The notes under the pieces: generated by a model | Seen by the model: the letters and a program-made list of their open reading frames with translations, nothing else | Told to the model about the DNA's origin: nothing | Databases searched by the model: none | In this document: in pieces, positions 21,344 through 32,086 of the stretch | Layout: each line of letters opens with the position of its first letter | Numbering within the stretch: the stretch's first letter is position 1 | Made by a program: the position numbers and the translations under genes | Origin: a virus | Taxonomy: Duplodnaviria; Caudoviricetes | Strand: one strand, 5' to 3' | Length of the DNA stretch: 64,000 nucleotides | Virus record (IMG/VR): IMGVR_UViG_3300021255_004000 | Location: 160,001-224,000 of that record

Positions 21344-22394
21344 GTCCTTCGATATGAGGAATGATTTCGCCGCGCTTTACAATCTTTACTTTTGAACCGA
21401 TTTCAATTCCGTGCTTAATCAACCAATTTGCGTTTGAGCAAGATGCTCTCTTAACAGTTGTTCCACAAAGATCAACCGCTTCAACGATTGCAACTGGGTT
21501 GAAGTATTTTCCTGATTGAGACCATTCAATGTCAAGAACAGTTGTTATTGCAACATCAAGTTCAAACTTGATAGCGCAAGAGTTCTTAGGAGTTCTGTTC
21601 TTGAGGTCTTCATAGTCGATAACTTCAGGCTTTACAACCACTCCGTCAATATCATATTCAATGTTTTCACGATTGTTGTACTGAGAAGTACGGAAGGCGA
21701 AAGCTTCTGTCAAGTTCTTTACAACAGCGTGTTCTGGGATTTCAAATCCATTTCCTGAAAGGAATTCCAATTTCTGAACTTCAGTTTTGATTGTCTTTTC
21801 ACCAACTTCCTGCATATCATAAGCAACAAAGTTGAGATTGTCAAGTTCTGAACCGTCAAGATGTTTCATAATTCCTGCAGCAGCATTGCGGCAGTTCTTC
21901 ATCTTGTCTTTGTAGTTTTTGTTGAACATTGAGTGAGACATCAGGATTTCGCCGCGAATTGAACAATCCATTGGCAAGTTCAAAGTTGAATTAACACCTT
22001 TAACAAGCTTTGCATTTTCAGTGATATCATCACCTTCAAAGCCTGTGCCGCGTGTAACTGCCTGAACAAGTTTTCCGTTGCGGAACTTAAGTTCAATTCC
22101 TGCACCGTCCATCTTCTGTTCCATAACATACACACCAGGGTGTTTGCGGAACCATTCTTTGAAAGCAGATTCATCTTTACACTTTGCAAGTGTTCCTGTT
22201 ATCAAATCGTGTTTTGCTTTTGCAAAACCTTCAGTGTGATCGTCATAAGTTACTGTATCAACATAAGTTGGATCAAGAGTTTTCAGTTCATTGACAAGTT
22301 GGTCAAACTCCTTGTCTGACATAATAGGCTCAGCATTGCCGTATGCGATTGATGCTTCTTCGATCTTTGCTTTCAATTCATCAATTCTTGTCAT
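21330..22394 (-). CDS. ligA: NAD-dependent DNA ligase, N-terminal half (domain Ia, adenylation domain, OB fold)
   Basis: MSDKEFDQL, EQKMDG (KxDG), TRGTG..GDDIT, RGEI, RNAAAG, IDGVVVK, RGEIIP; stops right after the OB domain. Confidence 0.9.
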   Translation of the reverse strand: MTRIDELKAKIEEASIAYGNAEPIMSDKEFDQLVNELKTLDPTYVDTVTYDDHTEGFAKAKHDLITGTLAKCKDESAFKEWFRKHPGVYVMEQKMDGAGIELKFRNGKLVQAVTRGTGFEGDDITENAKLVKGVNSTLNLPMDCSIRGEILMSHSMFNKNYKDKMKNCRNAAAGIMKHLDGSELDNLNFVAYDMQEVGEKTIKTEVQKLEFLSGNGFEIPEHAVVKNLTEAFAFRTSQYNNRENIEYDIDGVVVKPEVIDYEDLKNRTPKNSCAIKFELDVAITTVLDIEWSQSGKYFNPVAIVEAVDLCGTTVKRASCSNANWLIKHGIEIGSKVKIVKRGEIIPHIEGLADE

Positions 22395-22418
22395 AAGTTA
22401 CTCCGTATCAATTCAGTT

Positions 22419-22457
22419 TTACAGTAATAATATAAAAGAGGTTGCTTAAGAGTTCAA
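22419..22457 (-). promoter_or_regulatory. Class I promoter, copy 3 (ligase N-half)
   Basis: TTGAAC-N17-TATATT..TGTAA. Confidence 0.8.
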
Positions 22458-23935
22458 TTTTTCCGCTTTCATTTTTACAACTTTTTCATAAAGTTTTTTG
22501 ATTTGTGTGCCACTTTCTTTGATCTTTTCCCTAAGATCGTCCAAGAACATTTTTTGCTGTTTCTTCTGTAGACGAAGTTTTTCCACATTCTTGAAAGAGT
22601 TCATAAGAAACTGAACATTTTTGTCTGACATCTTTTCAATAGGGATTTTCGCCATCTTTTTGATGTACCCATATTCCCGCTGCAAGGCATATTCAGTCAT
22701 TGGAAGATTTCCATACTTATTTGCTTTATAGCGATTTTTGAGAGAAACTTCCAAGTTTCGCTGATGTGTCAATTCAACAATTTTAGACTCAAGAGCTTCA
22801 ATACTGTTTTTGCTTTCATACATCTGGCAGTCCTCAAAAGTATCAAACTCTTTGCCGTCTTCTGAAATATAAACTTTCTTTGTTTCGACTGTCATACCAA
22901 GTCCTCCAACTTAATATCTTTATAAGCATCCTCTCGGATAATGTCGTGTTCAAAATTGTCCATAGGGAAACGATGCCGAGTAATGATTCTCTCACGAACA
23001 ATCAACTTTGCATAAGCTTCAGCATTTTTATCATAAAACTTTCGATAATCGTATGTTTGATTATGAGGTTCATAACCTGGGCTGTTTGGTTTGTCAATAC
23101 AACGGCGGTAACAATATTCATCACTCTTTTTACCGCTGTGCTTGCAAGACAAGCAAGGACTTTTCTGTTTGCTTTCGATGATTATAGTTTCTTCTTCAAC
23201 AGAACGCTCAAGAAACAGGTCGCTCATCAATCTCCTCCTCCTCGAGAAGCTTTTCTGTTTCTCGATTAAGTTCCTGACGATCAGATGAAGTATAAAAAGC
23301 AACTCTTTTCAATTTGAGTTCTGAAGTTTTGTTCTTCAGCATCCCATAAGCGCAGTATGAATTCTTAAGTTTTGCAACTTTATTTTCTGATGCCATCAAT
23401 TTCTCCAAACAAATGTACTACTTTACTAGAATGACCAATGTCAACTGAAATGTCGAACAACTTTTCCAAATTAAGAAAGGGATTAAAACCTGTTGCTGCA
23501 GAAATTTCGATTGTAAAATCATCAGGCAGATTTTTCGTCAATTCTCTAAACTGACCCAAAGTAAGTCCGTCCATTTTCAACTCCTTAATTGTGATAGAGT
23601 TCGCGTGCAACAACGAATGGGTTGCCTTTCTGATAACCATATCTGTCTTTCTTGTAAGCAATTTCAAGTTCGAAGTCCTTTCCAAGTTCAAGAGGACCAG
23701 ATTTTGAAAGGATGCAGTCGAAAGAATTGCTGCCGTAAATTGCCTTATCGCAAGACATCTTTGCAAACTTTTCAGCTTCCTTTTCTGTCTTTGCGATTAC
23801 TGTTGACTTTGCTGTGTATGAACCAAGCTGTGGGTTATAGCGGGTGTACTGATATTCAAACTTGTACCATTTTTTCTTTGCAGCCATTTCAAGGCGGTCA
23901 TCAGTTGTCCAAAGATATGCAGGTTTCTTTTCCAT
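22446..23935 (-). other. Run of hypothetical genes (22446-22895, 22892-23302, 23208-23408, 23380-23766 region, 23585-23935)
   Basis: Packed minus-strand ORFs; several true starts are probably downstream of the ORF-track starts. Confidence 0.5.
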
Positions 23936-23959
23936 AATTTGCTCCTTTTATTTGGCGTT

Positions 23960-23998
23960 TTACAGAAATAATATAAAAGAAGCTAATGCAAAGTTCAA
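23960..23998 (-). promoter_or_regulatory. Class I promoter, copy 4
   Basis: TTGAAC-N17-TATATT..TGTAA. Confidence 0.8.
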
Positions 23999-23999
23999 T

Positions 24000-24491
24000 T
24001 TATTCCCAAGTATTTTTAATTATTTGTACATTTATTCCGTTGAAAAACTCAGGACTGAACTCGATAATTGCCTCAGCTATTGCAGGAAAAACATAAACGG
24101 GAAACTCTCCATAAGATGGAGCAGGAACTGCATCACGAATGCATTTTACCCAAATCAATGTAAAATAAAAGTTTTTGATCTCAGGCGGCATTGGGTATCT
24201 ATCATAATTCTTGATAAAAAACTCTACTGCTTTATCGTAAGCTTTTGAAAAGCCTTTTCTGGAAGCTATTGAAAGTTTATCAACATATGTAATTACGGGT
24301 GATATTGACTGCATTGAAAAGTCGATATAAAAATATCTTTTTACTGCAATGAACACTTGACGATACTTATCTGGGTCATCATCAAAGTCATAGTTTGCTG
24401 CCCAACTTGTCAAAAGACTTCTTGCATACATTGGGTCAAACTTTTTTGTAACTTCAGCCCATTTATTAAGGCTTTCCACCGACTTTGTCAT
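24000..24491 (-). CDS. Hypothetical protein, PxxFxG-module family
   Basis: PVYVFPAIAEAIIEFSPEFFNGINVQI. Confidence 0.65.
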   Translation of the reverse strand: MTKSVESLNKWAEVTKKFDPMYARSLLTSWAANYDFDDDPDKYRQVFIAVKRYFYIDFSMQSISPVITYVDKLSIASRKGFSKAYDKAVEFFIKNYDRYPMPPEIKNFYFTLIWVKCIRDAVPAPSYGEFPVYVFPAIAEAIIEFSPEFFNGINVQIIKNTWE

Positions 24492-25137
24492 ATGTTGTCA
24501 TTTCTCCATCATCTTTACTTGGGCTTCGATTGCTGTTTGTAAGCAGCCACTTACGATAGCATTCCATACATCTTACTTTTACGAGTTTGCCTTCTTTGTT
24601 GTAAATATGTTCAAAATGAATTGTACCTGCGTGAGAGGAGAAACGATACTCGCCAAAGTAATCTCCAATTACCTTAGGATGCTTATGTAAAATATGTTCC
24701 TTAATAAGAGCGTCAAAAAACTCATCATCAGTTTTGTACTGTTTTGGAAGTTGGAAGTTTTCCTGTGTCATTGCATTTGCTTCTTCCATTACAAGCGCTT
24801 CTTTTTCAATAAGAAGTTCAAGTCGTTCAACGCCCCGTAAGATAGATGCTTTTTGATCTTCGATTTCTCTGTCAAGCAATTTTATATGATCATCATAGGA
24901 TGTATAGTTTTCACTTGTATCATCTTTTGGTGGGTCAAACAAACGCATACCGATTGAAAACACATTGCGATTTTTGATACGCTCATCACGGTTCTTTTTG
25001 CGTTCTGACATAAGAGACATTGTCTTTTTGATGGCTGCATCTTTATCAAAAGTTGCCGCCACATCAACAACTTTCTTATCGTCAATTTCGAGATCCATCA
25101 TTTTTTCATCTCGTTCTGTATCTTCTGGGTCAATCAT
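24466..25137 (-). CDS. Hypothetical coiled-coil protein
   Basis: 223 aa. Confidence 0.6.
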   Translation of the reverse strand: MIDPEDTERDEKMMDLEIDDKKVVDVAATFDKDAAIKKTMSLMSERKKNRDERIKNRNVFSIGMRLFDPPKDDTSENYTSYDDHIKLLDREIEDQKASILRGVERLELLIEKEALVMEEANAMTQENFQLPKQYKTDDEFFDALIKEHILHKHPKVIGDYFGEYRFSSHAGTIHFEHIYNKEGKLVKVRCMECYRKWLLTNSNRSPSKDDGEMTTYDKVGGKP

Positions 25138-25332
25138 TCAAAACCTACCAATTTTATCATATCAACTCTAGCATTTTCAAAACCCATTGAAGGCATATCA
25201 CAAGTTGTAAACTCGCCGCCGGAAGTGTCTCTTTCATACTCGAGAATCACGCAGTCATTGCGATGCTCAATCTTTGTAACATTATCAACAGTTATCTTTT
25301 TTCCGTTTTTGAGAAACACTTCTGCTCGCATA

Positions 25333-26058
25333 TTACCACCCCAATTTCTTGTTTGGATCTTTTGCTCGAACAATAACGCAGTTTGCTGGAGAGAGCCCAA
25401 AGTTGATAGTTGAAGGAGTCATCTTCGCAACTTTTACAATAACAACACTTGCGCCTGCTCCACTTGCAACAGTATCACCAATCTCAATGGGAATGCCAAA
25501 CTTATCAGTAAGAGGATGCTTTTTAAGGTACTCATCTTTGTCATTTACTTTAGTTAAAGCAGAGTTAACTTTCATAAATCTTTCAAAACCAAGTACATTT
25601 GCAATGTGTTCTCTTAATGCTACGATAGGCGGATGATTTTCCCAACCAGTGAAATCTTTTTCTTTGTCATCTGCAAAAGACGCTATTTTCAAGTTGAACC
25701 TAACAAGCTTACAAGGCTTATAATTATTTGGATAGTGTCTTTTAACATATTCTTCATTGTCAGTGTAATCTGGCTCACAAGTAGAATAGTAACCGTAGCT
25801 AAAGCCATCAACAATTTTATAAGAGATGTTAAAAAATGTTCTACCAAAGTTGATGTCATTGACACCTTTAACAACATCTTTTGAAATTATTTGGAGTTTC
25901 TTGAAAGCATTGATGCAGCCTTCGGTTGTATCATCACAAGGAAACAAATGATAGAACTTGAAGTAACGAACTCTTTCGCCATCAACTTTTTCACTAAGGA
26001 AATTATCCCAGTCAAGTTCAACATATTCAAGCAGACACTGTTTCTCGATGTATTCCAT
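25333..26058 (-). CDS. Hypothetical protein with a C-terminal DxxGxPIEIGD domain (paralog of 44496-45233)
   Basis: DKFGIPIEIGDTV...PNKKLGW. Confidence 0.65.
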   Translation of the reverse strand: MEYIEKQCLLEYVELDWDNFLSEKVDGERVRYFKFYHLFPCDDTTEGCINAFKKLQIISKDVVKGVNDINFGRTFFNISYKIVDGFSYGYYSTCEPDYTDNEEYVKRHYPNNYKPCKLVRFNLKIASFADDKEKDFTGWENHPPIVALREHIANVLGFERFMKVNSALTKVNDKDEYLKKHPLTDKFGIPIEIGDTVASGAGASVVIVKVAKMTPSTINFGLSPANCVIVRAKDPNKKLGW

Positions 26059-26189
26059 AAAAACTCCTTATTGAATATTAACTCCAAAGAAGTGACTCAG
26101 GATGCTCACAGATCCTTTCTGCAGCGTGTTTGATAGCAGCTTCCCAGTTATAAGTTTTGTTTTTGATTGCCTTTTTGATTGCGGCAACT

Positions 26190-27862
26190 TTAGTCGTCAT
26201 CTTCTTCATCTTCGTTATCTCCTACAGCCTGTTTAATCTGATCTTGAAGTTTTGATAATGCAGAAAGCAAAGCAAGTTTCTTTACCAGTTCATCTGCCTT
26301 GTCAGGAGATGCGCCTTCCATAACAAGTTTTGCGGCCATTGCGTGCATTGACATTGCTGCTTCAAAAGCCTTCCATTCACCATCAGTTTTTGGTCGAACT
26401 TCAGCAGGAAGTTTCCAAGCAGCCTTCTTGTTGATAATGCGGCGGGCGCGTTCAATATCCATTTCACGATATGCTTCGATTTCTTCTTTAAAGAAATCCC
26501 TCAACTTGAAACGAACGTTGTGATCTTTGTAGTCTTTGAACGAAAGAGCATTTGCCATCATTTCAGAAAACGCTTTTGCAACTTTTAAGTTTGTAAACTC
26601 AGCAATGTCTTGCTCAACACCATCATAAACCCACAAGTGGCCATTTACACCTGTCTGTTTGATAGTGACTTTCCAATGGCGGTTCCAACCTGAAGTATGA
26701 TCTTCAAAGTGGTAAACAATTACCACATAATCTTTCTCCAAAGGAAGTCCATAACGGTTATGCATTGCGTCAAATAACCAACCATCACCTATTGGCTTAG
26801 GTGTGTTTGAAAAAGGTCTACCCATTCTTGTGCTCCTTACTGTATGTGTTTAATGCGTCTGCAACAATTTGACAGATGTCGTCAAAGAACAATCCGTCAG
26901 CAAGCGCATCATAAATTGCATCTTTAAGATTTTTCTCCACTTCAGTTTTTGACATTCACCCACCTCTTAATCATAGTAATCTGAAACTTCTTCACCGTTC
27001 CAAAGTCTCATTGGCCCACACCAAGAACCTTTGTAATACCCAGGAATATAAAATCCGCCGTCTTCTGTAGGCTTTACCATAATTCTTTTTGGAATAAGAC
27101 AGTTGCAGTTGTTTGAAAGAACTACATAGTCTTCCCAGAAACTTTGATTGTTTGCTTTTGCAACCATCTTGGCTTTGTCATACTGATCTTTTGTTCCTTT
27201 AAGAAGATCAAAGCCGTACTTTTTATTGTAATCTTTATAAACTGCCTCAAGGCTTTTAAGTGCTTCTTCATCAGGAAGTTTGTATGAATGACCTGTTCCG
27301 CCGCCTTCGTGTTCAAAATGTGTTTGCTTTGACGGCATTTTGACTACAAGAACTGATTTCTTTGATGTCCCAACAATTTTGAAAAATGTTGAAGAATTAC
27401 ACCAATGCTGAACTAAAATTGTTCCAATGGGAATGTCTTCTGGTGACTTCAAAGACTTAATATCCATTTTCAAACTCCTTAGAATGAAGCGAGAACTTCA
27501 GCATTTTCCATTGCAAAGTTTGCATCTTCCATAGCACGAGCCTTTGCCCAAGCAATAGCAGCATCCTTTTCCTTTTTTGTAAGGATGTACTTTCCGTCAG
27601 CGTCAACCTCGTGAATGTAAACCTTGTGAACCATCTTTCGAGGATTGCGGCTGTATGACTGTGACCAACGAATTCTTTCGCGTTCTTCACGAGCCTTTTC
27701 GAGAAGTTCTTCTTTGTCAGTTGATGGTTTTGTTACATCAAAGAAACAAGGATTTTCACCTTTCAAAAGGGCCCAAGCTTTAATTGTAAGATTTGTAGCA
27801 ATATCTTCCCTTTTCCAAGCACCTTCAGAAAATACGCGGAAATATTTGATCTTGTTTGCCAT
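26190..27862 (-). other. Hypothetical early genes (26190-26825, 26967-27473, 27479-27862)
   Basis: AGGAG RBSs, downstream of the class I promoter at 27886-27924. Confidence 0.6.
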
Positions 27863-27885
27863 AATTTGCTCCTTGTTTTGGTTGT

Positions 27886-27924
27886 TTACAAAAATAATAT
27901 AAAAGACATTACATCAAAGTTCAA
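27886..27924 (-). promoter_or_regulatory. Class I promoter, copy 5
   Basis: TTGAAC-N17-TATATT..TGTAA. Confidence 0.8.
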
Positions 27925-27958
27925 TTTTTTCTATAAAATAATTATCATATTTTCATAT

Positions 27959-27987
27959 TTATTATTGTCCCATATAGCTAAAAAAGT
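27959..27987 (+). repeat. 29-bp dispersed element, copy 2 (followed by a TTGACA..TGTCAA inverted repeat)
   Basis: Exact match to 2904-2932. Confidence 0.9.
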
Positions 27988-28033
27988 CAGGTTGACACTT
28001 TTTGTCAATCTGTCTAAATGTTAATATACTTTT

Positions 28034-28900
28034 ATGGGAAATAACGCATATCATAAAAAGGACAGTCTTGAGTTCTTCCCTACACAAGAATGGGTAAAAG
28101 AAGCTTTATACTCAATGATGAAAGGGACTGAGAAAAATATTCTCGATCCTTGCTGTGGAGATGGCGGACTTGAGTACTTTGACAAATATGAATATAAGTT
28201 GATGGACATTGAGAATCGAGGACTTGAAGGTGTTGAACTTTGTGACTTTTTGAAACGCGAGCCAAAAGAAGGAGAGCATTATGACTGTGCTGTTATCAAT
28301 CCACCGTTTAGTCTTACTGATGAGTTCATCACACAAGCGTTCAAATACACAGATGATATTTATTTGATTGCGCCTTTCAAGTCAGTTTATAAGAAATGGA
28401 ACTTTGCAATAGTTGATAGCATTCTTGACTGGAGAATACCTTACCAATGTTTTGCAATTTTGACTTCGGTTGGACTGATGCATTTGAGAAACAAAAAGCA
28501 GTTTACTTTCGGGGCAGTAAAGAACAATGCAGATACATTTTGGGGACAAGAATTACCTTATGAGAAAAGTTGGAAACAAACATTCTTTGTTGCAGAAAAA
28601 GCTCCTGATAAGTGGTTTATTGTAAATCGTTTGACAAAAGCAAGAGTTCAAAGAAATGAGGAACTTATTCAAGAAAAAGATATTTATGCGCCAAATGATG
28701 AGAATGCATTTATTGTTGAAAAGGGAAATACAAACACTAAAGCAGGTGACAAAATAAAGCGAGAGATTATGCTGTTTGATAGCAAAGAAGACGCTTATGC
28801 TTTTCGTCAGAAGTATATTGATAACAGTGATTATGTAAGAAATTATTGTTACTTGTATGGCGGAACTGTACTTGACATCCGCAAGATACCACTGTTATGA
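28034..28900 (+). CDS. DNA amino-methyltransferase (N6-adenine type)
   Basis: FFPT, ILDPCCGDGGL (motif I), VINPPF (motif IV). Confidence 0.85.
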   Translation: MGNNAYHKKDSLEFFPTQEWVKEALYSMMKGTEKNILDPCCGDGGLEYFDKYEYKLMDIENRGLEGVELCDFLKREPKEGEHYDCAVINPPFSLTDEFITQAFKYTDDIYLIAPFKSVYKKWNFAIVDSILDWRIPYQCFAILTSVGLMHLRNKKQFTFGAVKNNADTFWGQELPYEKSWKQTFFVAEKAPDKWFIVNRLTKARVQRNEELIQEKDIYAPNDENAFIVEKGNTNTKAGDKIKREIMLFDSKEDAYAFRQKYIDNSDYVRNYCYLYGGTVLDIRKIPLL

Positions 28901-29425
28901 AAAGATGTACTTTTCTGATACAGCAAACACTAGTGGTTTAATTTGTGGGATAAGTTCTTGAGCATCTTTCAATGTTGTACCTGTACTTACAACATTATCA
29001 ACAAAATACACAGGTCCATCAATGTCCTGCATTGCGTCGTAAAGATACATACCTGATGAAAACTTTTGTCCTTTTAAGTCGATACCATTCTTTTCTTGCC
29101 AAGCTTTTTTGATTGCATATAAAGTCTCTCTTGGTGTACAACCCATAACATCAATGATTGTTACTTCATAAGGACAAACTTCTTTAATGTGTTCACAAAT
29201 TTTTAATGTGTACTCTGCCTTGCCTGTATGTTGCGGGGCGGGTACCAAGAAACAGTCTTTTTTGATTTGAGACGCAAGAAAGTCGCCCATTTCTTCAATG
29301 GCCCATTCATTATTTTCTTTTACACCGTGTGCAACTTCCGAAACATATCCGTGTTTGTAAATGTATGCTTCTGTATCGCCAAGCACAACTTTTCTTGCGT
29401 GTTCTTTATCAACCAACTGTTCCAT
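28895..29425 (-). CDS. Type I phosphoribosyltransferase-like protein (ComF-like)
   Basis: LVPAPQH and the PRPP-loop-like VYFVDNVVSTGTTL. Confidence 0.7.
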   Translation of the reverse strand: MEQLVDKEHARKVVLGDTEAYIYKHGYVSEVAHGVKENNEWAIEEMGDFLASQIKKDCFLVPAPQHTGKAEYTLKICEHIKEVCPYEVTIIDVMGCTPRETLYAIKKAWQEKNGIDLKGQKFSSGMYLYDAMQDIDGPVYFVDNVVSTGTTLKDAQELIPQIKPLVFAVSEKYIFS

Positions 29426-29677
29426 ACAAAAGTTAGTAAGTAATCATCTCCATAGATGGCATAGCGCAGTTGCAGAATGCATTTTTATTGTTTGGACAAT
29501 TTTGACAACATTTAGGTAAGTTTGGTTTATAATCTTCAAAACCAAGTTGCTTGTCAGTTTGATTATGATCTTTCAACCAATCATAAATTGCTTGATTAAA
29601 AACATCGTGGGTTGCACCACTGTGTTCAATCATTACTTGTTCAAGTGTTAAATCACTTGTGTTTGTTACATAAGTTC

Positions 29678-31066
29678 TCATAGTTTAATTGGTTCTCCTG
29701 TTACAATTTCAACTTTATATCCTTTTTCTGTAAGGTGTTGTTGTAGGTACTCTTGAGCATCTTTATCACCGTGTACAAGAAAAATCTTTTTTAATTTTGA
29801 TGTATCAACTTCCTTCAACCAAGCAGCGATTTCATTATAATCTGCGTGAGCAGAGAAAGCGTTAATCTTGTGTACTTCAGCTTTCAAATGATACTCTTTA
29901 TTGTCGATAGTAAGCAACTCTTCTTTTTCAAGTATCTTTCGGCCTAAAGTGCCTTCGCCCATATAACCAACAATAAGAATTGTGTTCTTAGGATTTTCAA
30001 TGCCTTCTTTAAGGTGGTTGATAATTCTTCCTGCTTCACACATTCCATTTGCGGCGATTATGATAGCAGGAACTTGTGACTTTGCAACCAACTGGCTTTC
30101 ACGGAAGTCTGAAATGAACTGCAAAGAACGAACACTAAAAGGATTCTTACCTTTGCTTATAAACTCATTTACAATCTTTTCATTAAAGCATTCAGGATGT
30201 ATGTTGAAAACGCCAGTTGCATTACTTGCCATAGGAGAATCAACATAAACAGGAACTCTTGGAATAGCATTAACAGCCATCAATCTTTTAATGTAATAAA
30301 TAATTTCCTGAGCTCTTTCAACAGCAAACGATGGGATAATTACTTTACCGCCGCGTTTTATTGTTTCATTGATAACAGTTGTAAGTTCTCCGTAACAATG
30401 TTCCAATGACTCGTGTGTACGGTTGCCGTAAGTACTTTCAAGGAATATGTAATCAGGTGCAGGCATATCTGTATCAGGCTTTCTTGTGATAGGATTTGAG
30501 TTGCGTCCTAAGTCACCTGTATAAAGAATATGCATTCTTTCATCTTCTTTTTTAATCAACTTTTGAAGGAAGTTTCTTTTTCTTTTAACTGATATGTCAA
30601 TCATTGATGAACCAAGAATATGACCTGCATCATACATTGTATATGTTATGCGTTCATCAAGTACTTTTTCTTTTCGATATGCGTGGCATCTGAAGTGGTT
30701 GATTGTCTCAACAACATCAGACTCTTCATATGCAGGTCCGCCCTTTTCATACTTTTGAATCTTTGCAGAGTCAAGCATTACTATTGATGCAAGATCTCTT
30801 GTTGCTGGTGTTGAACGGATTGAACCTTTGTAACCGTCTTTGATAAGTTTTGGCAATAAGCCACAATGGTCATAGTGTGCGTGTGTTAAAAAGACTGCTT
30901 GAAGTTTGTCAACTTGGAAAGTGAATTCTCTGTTGCGTTCTTGAGCACTTTCAGCACCTTGCCAAGCGCCGCAGTCAATCATATATGGTAAGCCATCAAT
31001 CTCAAGAATATGTTTTGAGCCAGTGACTTCACCGACAGCCCCGAGAGAGTAGGCGATTATACTCAT
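29678..31066 (-). CDS. MBL-fold beta-CASP ribonuclease
   Basis: IDCG, THAHYDHCG, AGHILGS, TGDLG, ESTYG, PSFAVERAQE, FSAHAD, LVHG. Confidence 0.9.
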   Translation of the reverse strand: MSIIAYSLGAVGEVTGSKHILEIDGLPYMIDCGAWQGAESAQERNREFTFQVDKLQAVFLTHAHYDHCGLLPKLIKDGYKGSIRSTPATRDLASIVMLDSAKIQKYEKGGPAYEESDVVETINHFRCHAYRKEKVLDERITYTMYDAGHILGSSMIDISVKRKRNFLQKLIKKEDERMHILYTGDLGRNSNPITRKPDTDMPAPDYIFLESTYGNRTHESLEHCYGELTTVINETIKRGGKVIIPSFAVERAQEIIYYIKRLMAVNAIPRVPVYVDSPMASNATGVFNIHPECFNEKIVNEFISKGKNPFSVRSLQFISDFRESQLVAKSQVPAIIIAANGMCEAGRIINHLKEGIENPKNTILIVGYMGEGTLGRKILEKEELLTIDNKEYHLKAEVHKINAFSAHADYNEIAAWLKEVDTSKLKKIFLVHGDKDAQEYLQQHLTEKGYKVEIVTGEPIKL

Positions 31067-31359
31067 AAGTCCTCCAATGCGTCAATCAATTCAAGTTTCT
31101 TTTGATAAACGCATTCCTTAACTTTTTTATAATAGGAACGACAACTTTCCCAAACGGTCTTCTCAGTCGCATCTGAAAAAGCAAAAGTTCTTGAAGAAAT
31201 AACAATGTTATCTCTATCCAAAACTGTAACAGCCCACATATTATTTGTAAGGTCTGATATGTAAACTGCGCCCGCGGCATACTTCTTAGAAGTAATTATT
31301 CTACCTAAGTCAGCTTCAATCATTCGATATTTAGTCGTTACGATTGAGCTTTTTCCCAT
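31063..31359 (-). CDS. Hypothetical protein
   Basis: 98 aa, overlaps both neighbours. Confidence 0.5.
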   Translation of the reverse strand: MGKSSIVTTKYRMIEADLGRIITSKKYAAGAVYISDLTNNMWAVTVLDRDNIVISSRTFAFSDATEKTVWESCRSYYKKVKECVYQKKLELIDALEDL

Positions 31360-31829
31360 TTCTCTTTAATCAAATTGATTTGACTAAAAACCAATTCTTC
31401 AATTCTTGGCCAATCAAGATTAAACTCATCAAGGCGAGGTGTACCAATGTTTAAGTCATCAATGTAACAACTGCAAGGAATCTTGCTGTTTATTGTATAA
31501 CGCACTGGGAATGTAATCTTTTTGTTTAAGTTGTTCTTAATTGAAATGCCATCACGCTTAGGTAAAAATACTTCATTAAGTTGGTAACGACAAAGATAAT
31601 CTTTTACATAATTCCAATTGTCAGCATTATCAAGATTTCTTGCTGTATGAATCACTAGATAAATTGGATTCTCAGGATCTTGATAATTGTGTTCGTGAAT
31701 ATGATTGTAAAAGTCAACAAAACCTTTTTGAGGTTTTGGAAAATCATTACCTCCTGCAGGCATTGTTGTAACTGTGCCATCAAAGTCAATACCAATAATG
31801 AATGGCTCATCTTTACTGTATAAGGTCAT
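31338..31829 (-). CDS. HAD-superfamily phosphatase-like protein
   Basis: IGIDFDGTV, HTAR, K, YIDD motifs. Confidence 0.75.
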   Translation of the reverse strand: MTLYSKDEPFIIGIDFDGTVTTMPAGGNDFPKPQKGFVDFYNHIHEHNYQDPENPIYLVIHTARNLDNADNWNYVKDYLCRYQLNEVFLPKRDGISIKNNLNKKITFPVRYTINSKIPCSCYIDDLNIGTPRLDEFNLDWPRIEELVFSQINLIKEKWEKAQS

Positions 31830-32015
31830 TTTTATCCCTACTTCTTAATAAAACAATTTCATTCTCTTTATCGACTTCATAGCCGTCAAGAATATGAGTT
31901 TCAAGATCTAAGTCAACTTCAAACATTGCGTAGCCTTGGTGCGCAAGATCTTGCAAGGTGCACACCAATTCACTGAGTGTCATCTTTTTCATACTTTATT
32001 ATATTAACAAAAAGA

Positions 32016-32039
32016 AAGGCAGTACCGAAGTACTGCCTT
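32016..32039 (-). terminator. Terminator after the sheath gene, followed by a GTTAATAT motif
   Basis: AAGGCAGTAC..GTACTGCCTT plus T-rich tail on the minus strand. Confidence 0.75.
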
Positions 32040-32086
32040 GTTATTTCTCTTATATGTAGAGCTGCAATTTTAACTTTTAATTAAAA

